A stretch of 64,000 bases of DNA from Hydractinia symbiolongicarpus (Eukaryota): the NCBI RefSeq assembly GCF_029227915.1, contig NC_079879.1, positions 12,132,720-12,196,719 of the forward strand, read 5' to 3'. The notes below the pieces were generated by a model that was not told the origin of the DNA, made no database searches, and saw only the letters and a program-made list of their open reading frames with translations. Shown here in pieces: positions 52,501 through 63,564 of the stretch (the first letter of the stretch is position 1; each line of letters opens with the position of its first letter). Both the position numbers and the translations under genes were made by a program.

Positions 52501-53750
52501 TTTAGTTTTTTTTTCGAATTATGAATTCATCCTTCCTTCTCATTCAAATTTATGCCACACTTCTTTTTCTCCTCTGCTCTAAAAGAATTGCGAACATTTT
52601 GATGAAAAGTTTGGAAATACTTTGAACAAGAAGATTAAAATTTCTTTTATTTTTCTCATTTTCTTTTATTTGAAGGTCTTGGTAAAATGGCATGTTTAAT
52701 AGCTAAATTTTCATTACTGATTTGCATTGAGCATAATTGTTGGGTGATAAAGAATGTTTGAACTTAACAAGATCTCAGTTCTATTTACTGTATTATAGCT
52801 GGGCATTTTTCCGTCCGTCTAATGTTGAAGACATATTTTCCGATACCTTATACATCCTGAACTGTTTGTTTCAGTAGTGAAGTTTTTGAGCATCATAGAA
52901 TATCTTGAAACGAACTCATTCCAAGTAAAAGTCAATTTGATGCCCTAGATTTTCAAATGACGTTACACATGCAGAGAATGGGTCAATTTTTCCATGTACA
53001 ATAAATCTTTATATCTTGCATGTACCAATTTCCTGACCTAGCTTCTTAGTAGCTTTCTAGCCTGAGTATAAAAAAATTGTTTTCAACCAGTGAAACGACG
53101 TCAATGACAACTGCAAGATAAAACAAGAAGTCATATCTGCAAGAACTTTTTTTGTTTCAAGATGTAAAAACCTGTTTTTTATCAAAAACATATCACACAG
53201 CATTAAACGGTACATCGGTACGATACATTTTTTAACGCTGACAAAGACAAAAGAAAAACAAAATATAACCGCCACTTGAGGAGGAATAATATCATTTTCA
53301 GGAATCAATTGTTTCAAATCTTGCGTGATTTTATTTCAGTGCTAGCATATCATCGGAACAACTGCTTTGTGATCACTTGCTAGCAAAAATACATGAAATA
53401 AGTACTTATATAACTACTACAACATCGTGACATCCCGTTTCAAAGTTTGAAGTAATTGTCCCCTCAAAGAATGGCACTAATCCCCTGCGAAGTACAAATC
53501 TAAACAAAAACGTCGCTAGTCGAAATGGTATTTAAACAAAACGTTTCTACTAAATCACATACCTAACAAAAGGTATGCTTGGTGTAAAGTGCGGCAGGCA
53601 CTGTATGACCCCTTTTCTAGGGTTAATGTATTGGGGTTTTTTAATCCAGATGAGGATTCCGAGAGGCCTGTTAACATCATAATTTGTGAACCATGTTAAA
53701 AATTTAATTTGCCAACTGGCTTTCTTGTCAGTTGTTTTTTTTTCTCAGGA
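34540..53750. repeat. Large satellite-like tandem array with a unit of about 1.33 kb, about 14 near-full units plus truncated variants of about 550 bp, with higher-order structure
   Basis: The conserved 73-aa ORF MNHVKTLMCQ recurs at 37027, 38353, 39678, 40970, 42294, 43622, 44953, 46284 and 47614, a period of 1325-1331 bp. Diverged edge units sit at 34540-36000 and 48900-50300. Short units lie at about 50340, 50795, 51335, 51885 and 52440. Confidence 0.95.
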
Positions 53751-55500
53751 CACGCAATGATAGTAATTATTACTGAAGTGTACATCCGGTGTAAGTATTC
53801 ATGATAAGTAAATGAATAAATAAATAAATGAATAAATAAATTAATAAATGTGACATAACATTTCTTTAGTGTTTGGTTTTGGAACTAAGTCCCCTTAAGT
53901 TGCATCTTCCAGCTCTGTCGGCCAAGGTGGCTATGTTTAAAGTTTTTATTTGAAGTATGAGCTCATGCCTCCTCATCATTTATTGTCACACCACTTTTTA
54001 TCCACTACTCTGAGGGGAATGCCAATTTCTTTTTTATAAAAAAGAGGAAATTCGTTGAATAAAGGCACTAATATTTACCTTCATTTTCCTTTTTAAATGC
54101 TTGATCTGATAAGCCGCAGACCCTGTATGACCCCTGTGCCTGTTATAATTGTATTAATGTGTTTCTTTTAATCCAAAGGAGTGCTTCTATTCCAAGAGGC
54201 CTATGAACATAATTTTTTATGAATCATGTTCAAATTTTAATGTAACAAATGGTTTTCCTATCAGATGCTATTATGTGACATAACACCTATTTAGGATTTG
54301 GTTTTTGAGCTGTGTCCTCTCAAATTGGACCTTCCAGCTCTGTCGGCCAAGGTAACTGTGTTAAAAGTTTATATTTGAATTATGAATTCATTCCTTCTTC
54401 TTTTCATTCATTTATATCCCACACTATTTTTATCCACTGCTCTAAAAAGAATGCCAAGATTTGATAAAAAATTTAGAAATTCTTGGAATAAGAAAAGTGA
54501 TATTTACCTTGTTGTTGTTTTTTTCATTTTTTAATTGAAGGTCTAATAATAATGGTATGTTTACTAGCGCAATTTCGATTGGGCATAAACATTTGGTGAG
54601 AAAGGATGTTTTAACTTAACAGGATATCAGTTCTCTTCTCTGTATTATTTTGATAATACATTTTCTCATACCTACTTTATTCTTAACTATTTATGCTTTA
54701 GTAACTATGTTGAAAGTATTTCTTTAAATTATAAATTCATCCCTTTCTCATTTTATTCATTTACATGCCACACCACTTTTTATTCACTTCTATAGAAGGA
54801 ATACCTACATGTTTATGGAAAATTTTATATTATTTAGGGACTATGTTTTTTGTTTTAGCTTTTAAAAAAACTGTAGAAAAGCCCTTCTCTCCTACATTTC
54901 AGAAAGGAATCATAGATATTTTACCTAACATTGAGTTATATATTCCTGAGTTATGAACGGTCTATTTACACAGAATCTTCTTTTTCAAAAAAATATTTGC
55001 TTCCAGAACTGAAATCGACTTAAATATCCTTTAGTCATATTTTTGGAATGTTAACTCTTCATCGTGAAAAAATTCCAAATTAATTATCCTATTCCAGTAG
55101 GTCTGTTAACAGAATTTTCCCTCAATTTTCTTCTCAATTAATAAATAGCGAAATATTATTACGAACATTGTCCGTCGATAACAATAGCCTGAAATAAACT
55201 CGCTTGTTCATGACATGATAATATCTTAATTATTCAATGACAATGACTGGACAGATAGGTGGTAATATATTTTTAAAGAGTTTTCCCTTTACCATTTTTA
55301 AACATTAGGATTCTGAATTTAACAACTGATTTTCATATTAGGTGCTTGTATGTGACATAACTTTTATTTAGTATTTGATTTTGAAACTTCATCCTCCAAA
55401 GTAGCATTCTCTGCGTCTGACCACCAAGGCAACTATGTTAAAAGGATTATTTAAATTATAAATTCATCCCTTCCTCGCTTTATTCATGCCACACCACTTT
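53750..55500. repeat. Highly diverged relatives of the array unit at the 3' edge of the array
   Basis: Segments at about 53870, 54290 and 55370 keep the motif gtgacata...tatttaggatttggtttt...gaac...cctc.aa.ttg.a.c.tcc.gc.ctgtc.gcca.gg.aactat.ttaaaag at only about 70% identity. Confidence 0.6.
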
Positions 55501-57918
55501 TTTTATTCACTATTATAGATGAATACCTACAGTTTATAGAAAATAAGTTTATAGAAAAGCCCTTTTTTCCTACAATTTCGGAAAGAAATCATAAATATTC
55601 TACCTAATATTGCGCCTTGTAATACCCTATTAGCCCATCTATACATGTGACTTATGAGATCCTTTTGCCATTTTTTTTTTGAATGTTTACATGTTATTGT
55701 ATCCTTAAATTAAAAAAATTGTGTGTTCTTCTGCAAAGTACTCTTTTATTTAACTTTATTTGATACTTCATTGCAACAGAAGACTCATGATCAACAGCAT
55801 GTTTAATATACCGCAGGTGTTTCCTTTTCATTTAACAAAATTTAAAAAACATGATTGAAATCATCAGGTAAAATAATTATTAGCCGAATGTCTTAAATTC
55901 GTTCAAAAAAAGGACATATCCATTTAACTCATAAAATTACATAGTTTATATTGCTAAAAAATGAATGTAATTTGATCTTGGTTGATAAGAATAAAATTGC
56001 GTGTCTTACTTTGACATCAATCGAATATATTGATCTAGTCACGTGTTATTGAAAACATTTTATAATGACGATTTATGTTCGACTCTTATTTACGAATTTT
56101 TAGAAATCAAGGGTGTTCTCGTAAGAGACAGTTTTTTTTAACAAAAGAAATGACTATTGGTAAATTAAAGTTATTGTGGCTACCAGATCAACATTGTATT
56201 CTTTCATATTTGTTGATGTCTGTTGTATGCGTAGGTGGTATATTTAAACCTAGTTAATCCAACACTTTTCCCATCTTATTTTACTCCGCTTTTTTTTGCA
56301 ACACTTTTTTTTTGGATATTAATTTGTAATTTATCAGCATTCTCTTCCATTTGCATACAAATACACTGTAACAGTTACTACAACATTTTTATATTTTTAT
56401 CACATTCTTGTATTGCTGTGCACCAATGCTTCTGTACTTCACCTCACATTGATAGTAGTAGTACTTTCGAATCTCCTACAAAGCATATACTTCAACCAGC
56501 CTTATGTAGATTTACATGTTAAAATTTACTGCGATTTCAAGTTTACTGCTACCGCAAGTTTATTTAGATGACGGAGAATTGCATTCTAAAGAAATAAAAA
56601 AGAACATGAGAGAAAAAGAGAATTTTTTTTCAGGTAGTTGTATATTTTTGAAAAGTTAAGTCATGAGAATACGTAGGATATGAAATGGAAATCTGTTGTT
56701 CGTACTTAAGCGGTGGTGGTGTTTGTTGTGTTATACTCGAACCTAGTTCATTCCTTATTTTTTTCTCCGTTTCATTTTGCATCAATGTTTTTCCTAGCAA
56801 CATTTGTTTTTTAAATATTTGTTTGCAGTCCATAAGAATTTAATACATTCTTTTTTGCATTACGTGCATATTCTATTTATGAGTTACAACAGTTTTTATA
56901 TCTTTCTATCACCTATGTACCAATGCTTTTGTTCTTACACTTAGCATTGATATCTTTCAGTACTTTCGAATTTCCTACATGGTATAAACTTCAACAGGCC
57001 ATATGTGGATTTGCATGATATGGTTTTCACTTATTCTAAAGATGATCAGTGTTATGAATACATGAAGTCTGTGGCTAAAAAACAGGAAAAGGTAATGTTT
57101 CGCTCTATGTTGCTGGGGCATTCGATTACTTTAAAATGCATTAAGTTTGAAGGGCGTTCGTGGAGATTAATTTTGCGAATTAGACAAAAAGGGCCGACAC
57201 AACATTATATAATAGGAAATTTGTTATTGGGAACGAGCAACACGAAGAAAGTCTTACGCGACATTTATTGTTGCTAGTTTAAATAAAATCCGCGAAGTTA
57301 CATCCTCTTAAGTAACAATTAAAATTTTTAGTCTCTTGTGACCCACTAATCGTTTAGAATGGTTCTTGGCAAACCTCCAATGTACTATCTGAAGATGAAA
57401 CAATCCGCTTCAAAAAGATATGCTCTCAAATAGGACTACCCTGCGCAGGTACTATTTTAATATTTCTTTTACGAAAATTTTTTAGATCTTAAAGATAGTT
57501 AATGTTGTTTTCTAATCGCCTTTTGTGCACCTGTACTTTGATCCTCCTCCTTATTCAACCATTTCGCCTAAGTGTGAGAAATTTTAGACAAATGATTTAG
57601 AATAAACATTTTTAAAATGGGAAAGAAACACGGCACAAAATTAAAAATGTCACTGTCTTTCCTTTATTTGTTTTTTGTATTGTCCTCATGGATGGATTTT
57701 GTAAATTAACAGTTTTCAAGGGAACTTATTTAGCGAAAGTAAGCGACCCCTACTTAGACTTCGGATTCTTGGATAGCAGTTAAAAAAGATGAGTTTTAAT
57801 TTCTGGCCAAATTAAAAGCTGAACTAAGTACTAGGTGTGATGTTATTGTCAAGTTTGACGTGTTTTTATGTTCAATGCACAATGTTTTGAATGGGGGTTT
57901 TCCAGTTTGGTATAACTT

Positions 57919-58359
57919 TTGACCAAAAATGATATTAAGTGTCAAAACATTAGAATATTGATGTCAAAAAACCATAAATTTTGTTCCCCGTTCGATTCGG
58001 ATTGCATCGCTATTTTCACTTCTTTTTCAGACTCGAAATTTATTACAGAAGTGGAGGACTACATATTAACCATCATTATATGCATTCTTCTTAAAATCAT
58101 GTGTTTCAACGTGGATACCAGTGAGGGGAATTCTCACTTAAGTTATCCTTGGTCACACCCATTCTACATTCGACAAGCCAGTCAACTGTCTTTACCTACG
58201 CCTTTGACACATGAGCTCGACCAGATTTTCCTATCTGCTATGCAATTTATTTTACAAGGGGATAAAAAGTTTCCTTTGATGTACACACATTGTCATATGG
58301 GATATAGTTTTGATGAGATGGTGTTGGAAATCTGTCGCAGATCAGTCGCAATTCCTTGA
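57919..58359 (+). CDS. Orphan 146-aa ORF (a hypothetical protein, or chance)
   Basis: It is the longest uninterrupted ORF outside the known genes, which is unusual in AT-rich DNA. It has no recognisable domain. No splice context was identified. Confidence 0.2.
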   Translation: MTKNDIKCQNIRILMSKNHKFCSPFDSDCIAIFTSFSDSKFITEVEDYILTIIICILLKIMCFNVDTSEGNSHLSYPWSHPFYIRQASQLSLPTPLTHELDQIFLSAMQFILQGDKKFPLMYTHCHMGYSFDEMVLEICRRSVAIP

Positions 58360-59782
58360 TTTAAAGCACCTAACAACACAGGGTTTCCATGCCACCTTAC
58401 AACTTCTCAAATCTCCTTAAATTCAAAAGGTCTCCTCAATTTTTCTTAAATATCCTCAATTTTTTATGAAATTTACGTTTTCTCATATCTCCTCAAAGAA
58501 ATTTTGACATTTGTTTTTTTATATATATGCTAGTTTTTATATTATTTATTTTGTATTACCAAAATGTGTGGTTGTTGTGGCCTGCAAACATTACTTTTCT
58601 GTTGTCTTGTAATTGCAGCAAAGTTTCTTAATTACATTTTGTAAGAAAATATTGAGATGCCAGTCTGTGTGTTCCTTCATTTTTACAAGTGCCAGTTTTT
58701 CTCATCAAATCTTCTCAATTTTGTTTTGAAAGAAGAATGGAAACCCTGCAAAAGATCTGCCAAAAACATTATCGCATCTATTAGACAAAAAATCAATTGT
58801 TATTTTTTATAATTTGAAATTTTTTGCAATTAGTACAAAAAACGACCAATCCATTTTTTTCTTTTATAAGTTAGGAAGTTAGGGGTTATTTATTTGGAGG
58901 TGAGCGGGTTTGAATTTGCCGGGCGTACTTAGTCAGACACCACATGCGTGATGTCTCTCTTAGAGGCGCAAATCTAAGTAATGAAAACAATATGGGCGTA
59001 GAAGCACCAACACTTTGACGCTCACAAATTCCAACTTATAATAGAGTTTTTATCATTCATTTTATACTACTTGCCTGGGCATTAAACTTATTTTACAACA
59101 TCTTCTCGATGCTAAGTTTGTTAATGATTTTTACAGGCTTTAAATGCACTCTGTTACACCTTTACCAGTCTCTTTTTAATTGGACTGGATTGTCCGCTGT
59201 AGCAGAAGGTTATTTTTGTAAATGCCTGAGCACTTTGACAAAATAAGAGACTTTATCCAAGTGCCCACACGTCAACAAAAAACCTTTTAAAATATAGCGA
59301 AAAATGCCGTCAAATGAAAATGAGTCTTTGCCCTAGCTTTAGGCCTATTCCTGTATGATTTAAGGATGTATTAAAAATGAATTTTATCTTTTATTATTGT
59401 TGTTTTTTAGATGTTGTGATAAATATGTTTTATTATTGCCCTATTTTTACTTTTGTAATACGCGCTTTATTACACTATTAGTTTACTTATATTCATTATA
59501 TAACTAGTTTATTACAAAATTATTTTCTAATTCGATTTGCTCAACCAAATAGCCTAAAGGGGGGGGGGGGGTTTCACGAAAATAATTGAACAGCGAAATG
59601 TATCTGAGCATGCGCAATTTTATTTTGTTTTTATTTTGCTTTAAAAAAATCGCTTTGCCGAAAAATAGAAACGGTTTTTACTTTTTAGCGGCAAAATATT
59701 TCGCTAAAAAAAATTTCAACCAATCAGAGAACACCATATGCATTGTTTTTTTTATAGAAACTCATTACTGGAACGAACCTAT

Positions 59783-61135
59783 ATAATAATACGCTAAATG
59801 TGTCTGTCTGTCTGTCTGTAACACGCAAAGTGGATGTGTTTTTTTTATAAAGGAGTAGCCGCAGTAACATGTCACTTTTTGTGTGTCTTTTCAAATTGAT
59901 TTAAATTTTTGTGTTAAAAAAGTCACGGCTCATTTGCTTTATTTGTCCTCATAAAAACCTTGGTGTTATGATGTAAGCTTTATTACACAAACGTCACGGA
60001 TAATTATTTTTATTATTCCCTTAAGCACGTGTCTATTGTCTGCTGTTATATGAAAAACATATTGGTTTTATTTATTCCCGCTTGAAATGGAATTAACGAC
60101 AAAACGTTTTGACGAAAATAAACAATGAATCTTGTGGATTAAATACTAGTTCGAAATAATTGACTTGTTTTCAATACCCGATAAGTGCTTACATTCAGTA
60201 TTTTAAAATCGCAAAATCAAAAGATATTTTGCATCTAATTTACCATTCACAATTCGCTCTTTCATATTCCCCTAAAGATTCTAAGTCCACTGTGAACATT
60301 GACAAGTTAAAAATGTGTGAGAAGTAGCCTACGTAATTACTTGTGGTGGCGTACTTAGAAATTAGCTGTCTAAATATTTTTTCCAAGATTGTAGAGCTCT
60401 AAACACTAAATAATGAAATGCATAGCATCGTATCCTTTTCGATGAATGGAAAAAAGGATATTGAGGTTCAAAGTTTCTTTCATGGCGTCAATAACTGGTC
60501 GGTTCCAAAACGGGTGGGTTGACCCAGCTTTGCGAAAATTGCCTAATTTTATGCTCCGATGGTCCCTAGTTACTGAATTGGTGGATGACGTCAGTTGTTT
60601 CGACCCTCTAAGTTATTTAACCTCGAACTTATAAGCGCTTTTCATTGATATTTTACTAATAATAAAGGTATTAACATCAAACTGATGTTTTATGTCAAGA
60701 AAAAACTACTTTGCCGGCAAACAAATAAGGCCTTAAAACATCCTCGTTGCAAATGTCACAGACAGAGAGACAAGTGAAAGTTGCCCATTATTATAGGCAG
60801 TTTATTGACGGCAGTTATAATAAATTCACGTCCTGGCGTAACATCAATAAAGTTGACAGAGTAGACACAACATTTTCGAAACGTAAAAGAGTGAACACAT
60901 TCACTATGTAATTCACAAACACAGCTGTTATTATAAGACTAGTCGTTAGCCCGTGGATATATCCACGGGGTCGCCTGTCCTTTCAATTTACCCGTCGCAG
61001 CAAAGTGGATAAAAATATATCGCATTTGACATTCGTGTTTCCGCAACATCATTTTCTAACTTAGCGGGGGGGGGTCCATGCAGAGACAGACAGACAACGG
61101 CTATTATTATAGAGACTGGATGAAAGCTCTCATAA
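59783..61135. mobile_element. Candidate non-autonomous DNA transposon of about 1.35 kb, in the same family as the 12703-13035 fragment, with imperfect TIRs and sub-terminal palindromes
   Basis: Left end is ctatataataatacgctaaatgtgtctgtctgtctgtctgt...gcaaagtggatg. The reverse complement of 61080-61135 is ctctataataatagccgttgtctgtctgtctctgc. An internal perfect palindrome cccgtggatatatccacggg follows actagtcg at about 60935-60975 and is related to the 6520 and 13030 repeat ends. Poly-G tracts lie just outside or at the ends, at 59557-59572 and 61067-61075. Confidence 0.4.
60440..60640. repeat. Second copy of the short MITE-like repeat seen at 20335-20470
   Basis: Shared core gggttgacccagctttgcgaaaattgcc...ccctagttactgaattgg. 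Confidence 0.4.
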
Positions 61136-61630
61136 CAGAAATATCAAAGGTTTTTGTGGGTTCCTTTTTTATCATGACAAAGTAAATATTAAATACAGGA
61201 TTTTACAACTATGTACAAAATTTTGGAGTAGCGTTTGTTTTTTTTATTTTCTTTCTTGACTGCACTCGTTCAAGCTGCCCTCAAAGCATCTAAAAAGATA
61301 TATATTTTGTATTTTTAAGTCAGGAGGTACTCTTTTCTACATTACTGCATACGCCATATTCACAAAAAGTCCTTTTGGCTATCCGGCGCAGTAAGCACTC
61401 TTTACTAACCCACTACACACGCCTTATCCACAAAAAATTCTCTTATCTCCCCGCCGCGTGGATTATAGCAAGTAGTAGCTACGAAAATGAAAAATATTTT
61501 CGGAGAGTTCTCTTTCAGGCACAATTACAAATTAAAATAAACAAATATTATAAGGATTGAAGGGACAACATTTAATTTTGTTTCTGAAATATTGGAACAT
61601 GACTTATTCGAAAACATTAAGTTCCCATTT

Positions 61631-61636
61631 ATTTCG
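61631..61636 (-). terminator. Candidate polyadenylation signal (AATAAA) for the TSR/vWA gene
   Basis: AATAAA on the minus strand, about 75 nt downstream of the TAG stop. Confidence 0.3.
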
Positions 61637-61711
61637 CCGAATGGTGTTTTGGTTTGTGCTTTGCTGCTTCCTAAAACGAACGATTGTGGAGTACAATTTT
61701 TCTGAACCCAA

Positions 61712-61942
61712 CTAAATGTTTTCTATTTCGTCCTGGAGTAAAATAACTTGCTTCGCGACGCCATCATAGAATAATATCTTACTTGCTTCGCATGACAACT
61801 TTAACACTGCATTCAGCTTATCAATCAAATGGTTAAAGTCATCAATCACAAACACGTGTTCTTTGTCTGTTGCAATTTCTACAAGTTCCTCTTCGTCAAT
61901 CTTATGCCCAATTCCCATAGAAATGATGGTGACTTTGTTATT
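61712..61942 (-). CDS. Terminal exon (vWA C-terminus plus stop) of a thrombospondin-type-1-repeat / vWA-domain protein gene
   Basis: Minus-strand translation: NNKVTIISMGIGHKIDEEELVEIATDKEHVFVIDDFNHLIDKLNAVLKLSCEASKILFYDGVAKQVILLQDEIENI*. ctgttcag acceptor on the minus strand. TAG stop at 61712-61714. Confidence 0.75.
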   Translation of the reverse strand, partial: NNKVTIISMGIGHKIDEEELVEIATDKEHVFVIDDFNHLIDKLNAVLKLSCEASKILFYDGVAKQVILLQDEIENI

Positions 61943-62422
61943 CTGAACAGTATAATACAAAGAATTAAAAACATCAATCTTTAAACTAATCTCACTTCAT
62001 TCTAAAGAAAAATGTAAAGATAAAATCGAAATCGAAAATCTATAGATAGACAATGTTTCCCCTCTTACATTGGAAAATATTAATAACAAAGGAATAGGAT
62101 TCTTATATGGTAAAAAACAATCCAACAGATGCAAAATTCCTTTTCATTTATAGGAACAAAAAAATTTCCTAGAATAAAATGCTACCATGAAGACACAAAC
62201 GCTTTTGGAAGAGTATTATCTCCTAGATTCAATATGCCTCGCCAAGAATATACTTAAGCATTTTTACATAGGGACGGAACCAAAAACCTAAGAATAAGGT
62301 TTGATTGTCTAGATTCAGAAAAATAGAACAGAAACGGTAAAAAATACGTTAAAATTATTTTTTATATCATAAAATAGTAAATACGTCACATACTATAAAG
62401 GATCAAAGTTCATAATATTTAC

Positions 62423-62583
62423 CTTTAGGCCTTGTGTTGCAATTGTCATGGGAGCAGATGAGCTACTGCTTTTGCCATCCGTAATAACAATCAAGACTTT
62501 GGGAACGCCCACCCGGTTTCCACATGTGTCGCAAAAGAATTCTTTTTCTGCCATAAGCAAAGCTTTGTCTGTTCGGGTACCAC
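62423..62583 (-). CDS. vWA-domain exon of the TSR/vWA gene
   Basis: GTRTDKALLMAEKEFFCDTCGNRVGVPKVLIVITDGKSSSSSAPMTIATQGLK, the classic vWA G.T.TG.AL...PKVLIVITDG motif. ttttcag acceptor and gtaaat donor on the minus strand. The phase is continuous with neighbouring exons. Confidence 0.8.
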
Positions 62584-62745
62584 CTGAAAATGTAAATTTT
62601 TAATGAGCTTTTGCAGGACAGAATCTCATTCATAGCACTCTTTTCTTCTTACTTTACCATCAACCCTGAATGCGTGGTTCTGGACTTTTTGATATAAGAG
62701 ACTAAGGACCTTCACATTCTATTTAAAGCTTTTAAGTTCTCCTAC

Positions 62746-62994
62746 CGTACGAGTATTTACTGGACAATATTTTCTGTTCAAGCACGTAAGGATTCCAATA
62801 TGCTCTATTTTTCATTGTGAAATCAAGATGAGCTCCCCACGAAAAATGAATCATGCCGAAATGAACACCATCCTGACCAACTTTGAATTCCTTGGTCAAA
62901 TCCACAACAAATTGTTTGACTTTTCTGTAATTTTTAGAAGTCACGCTTGTTGAAGCATCTGTGATGACACCGATCTCTAATTTTTTCTGGCAAA
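62746..62994 (-). CDS. vWA-domain N-terminal exon of the TSR/vWA gene
   Basis: VCQKKLEIGVITDASTSVTSKNYRKVKQFVVDLTKEFKVGQDGVHFGMIHFSWGAHLDFTMKNRAYWNPYVLEQKILSSKYSY. cttttag acceptor and gtagga donor on the minus strand. Confidence 0.7.
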
Positions 62995-63372
62995 CTAAAA
63001 GATAATTTTTTAATGTTGTAACTAAAGGATAATTGTTATTCCTATTATTATATTTTGCACATGATAGCATCTTCAGTTCCAAATGGTAATGTTATTAATG
63101 AAGGTGCTGCAAAGAGAGTCTTAGTACAGTTAAAACTCCCATTTAAAAGCAATATTTGTTGTGATATGCTTGTCACTGAAGAGTGCTGTCGATCGCTAGC
63201 ATTATTTTCGTATTTTATGTATGAGAGCTAGCAATGGTAAAATTGAGTTTCGTATTTTTCATTTTGGAAAAAAAGAACCGCGAAAATTTCTCTTTGCAAT
63301 AATTAATCCCTTAAGATTATCATCAAGCCCATTACTGAGTGTGCACTTTGTTTTGTTATCAAATAAACTTAC

Positions 63373-63564
63373 CAGGTTCACATCTTTCAGTATTACATTC
63401 ACTGCTATCTGATCCCTCTCCTTCACAATACGATCCATCATACGTTGGTTTCGGATTTGTACAAGTGCGCATGCGCTCTTTTAACCCTCCACCACATTTT
63501 CTACTGCAAGCAGACCAACTTGACCATTCACTCCAGCCACCTGGTACTGCTTGTTTCTCTTTTG
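63373..63564 (-). CDS. Thrombospondin type-1 repeat (TSR) exon; the gene continues upstream beyond the window end
   Basis: AKEKQAVPGGWSEWSSWSACSRKCGGGLKERMRTCTNPKPTYDGSYCEGEGSDSSECNTERCEP, the canonical TSR pattern WSxWSxWSxCSxxCGGG...R.R.C plus 6 Cys. ttttag acceptor and gtaagt donor on the minus strand. Confidence 0.8.

Noticed and set aside
34540-53750. Array unit as a tandem snRNA, 5S or spliced-leader RNA gene cluster, or as a CRISPR-like array
   Set aside because: A 9-mer (ATTGCACTC) and a 7-mer (CCCCTGC) resemble U1 snRNA, but at the wrong spacing. There is no 5S-like or tRNA-like box structure. A 1.33-kb eukaryotic unit with no spacer variability is not CRISPR-like.
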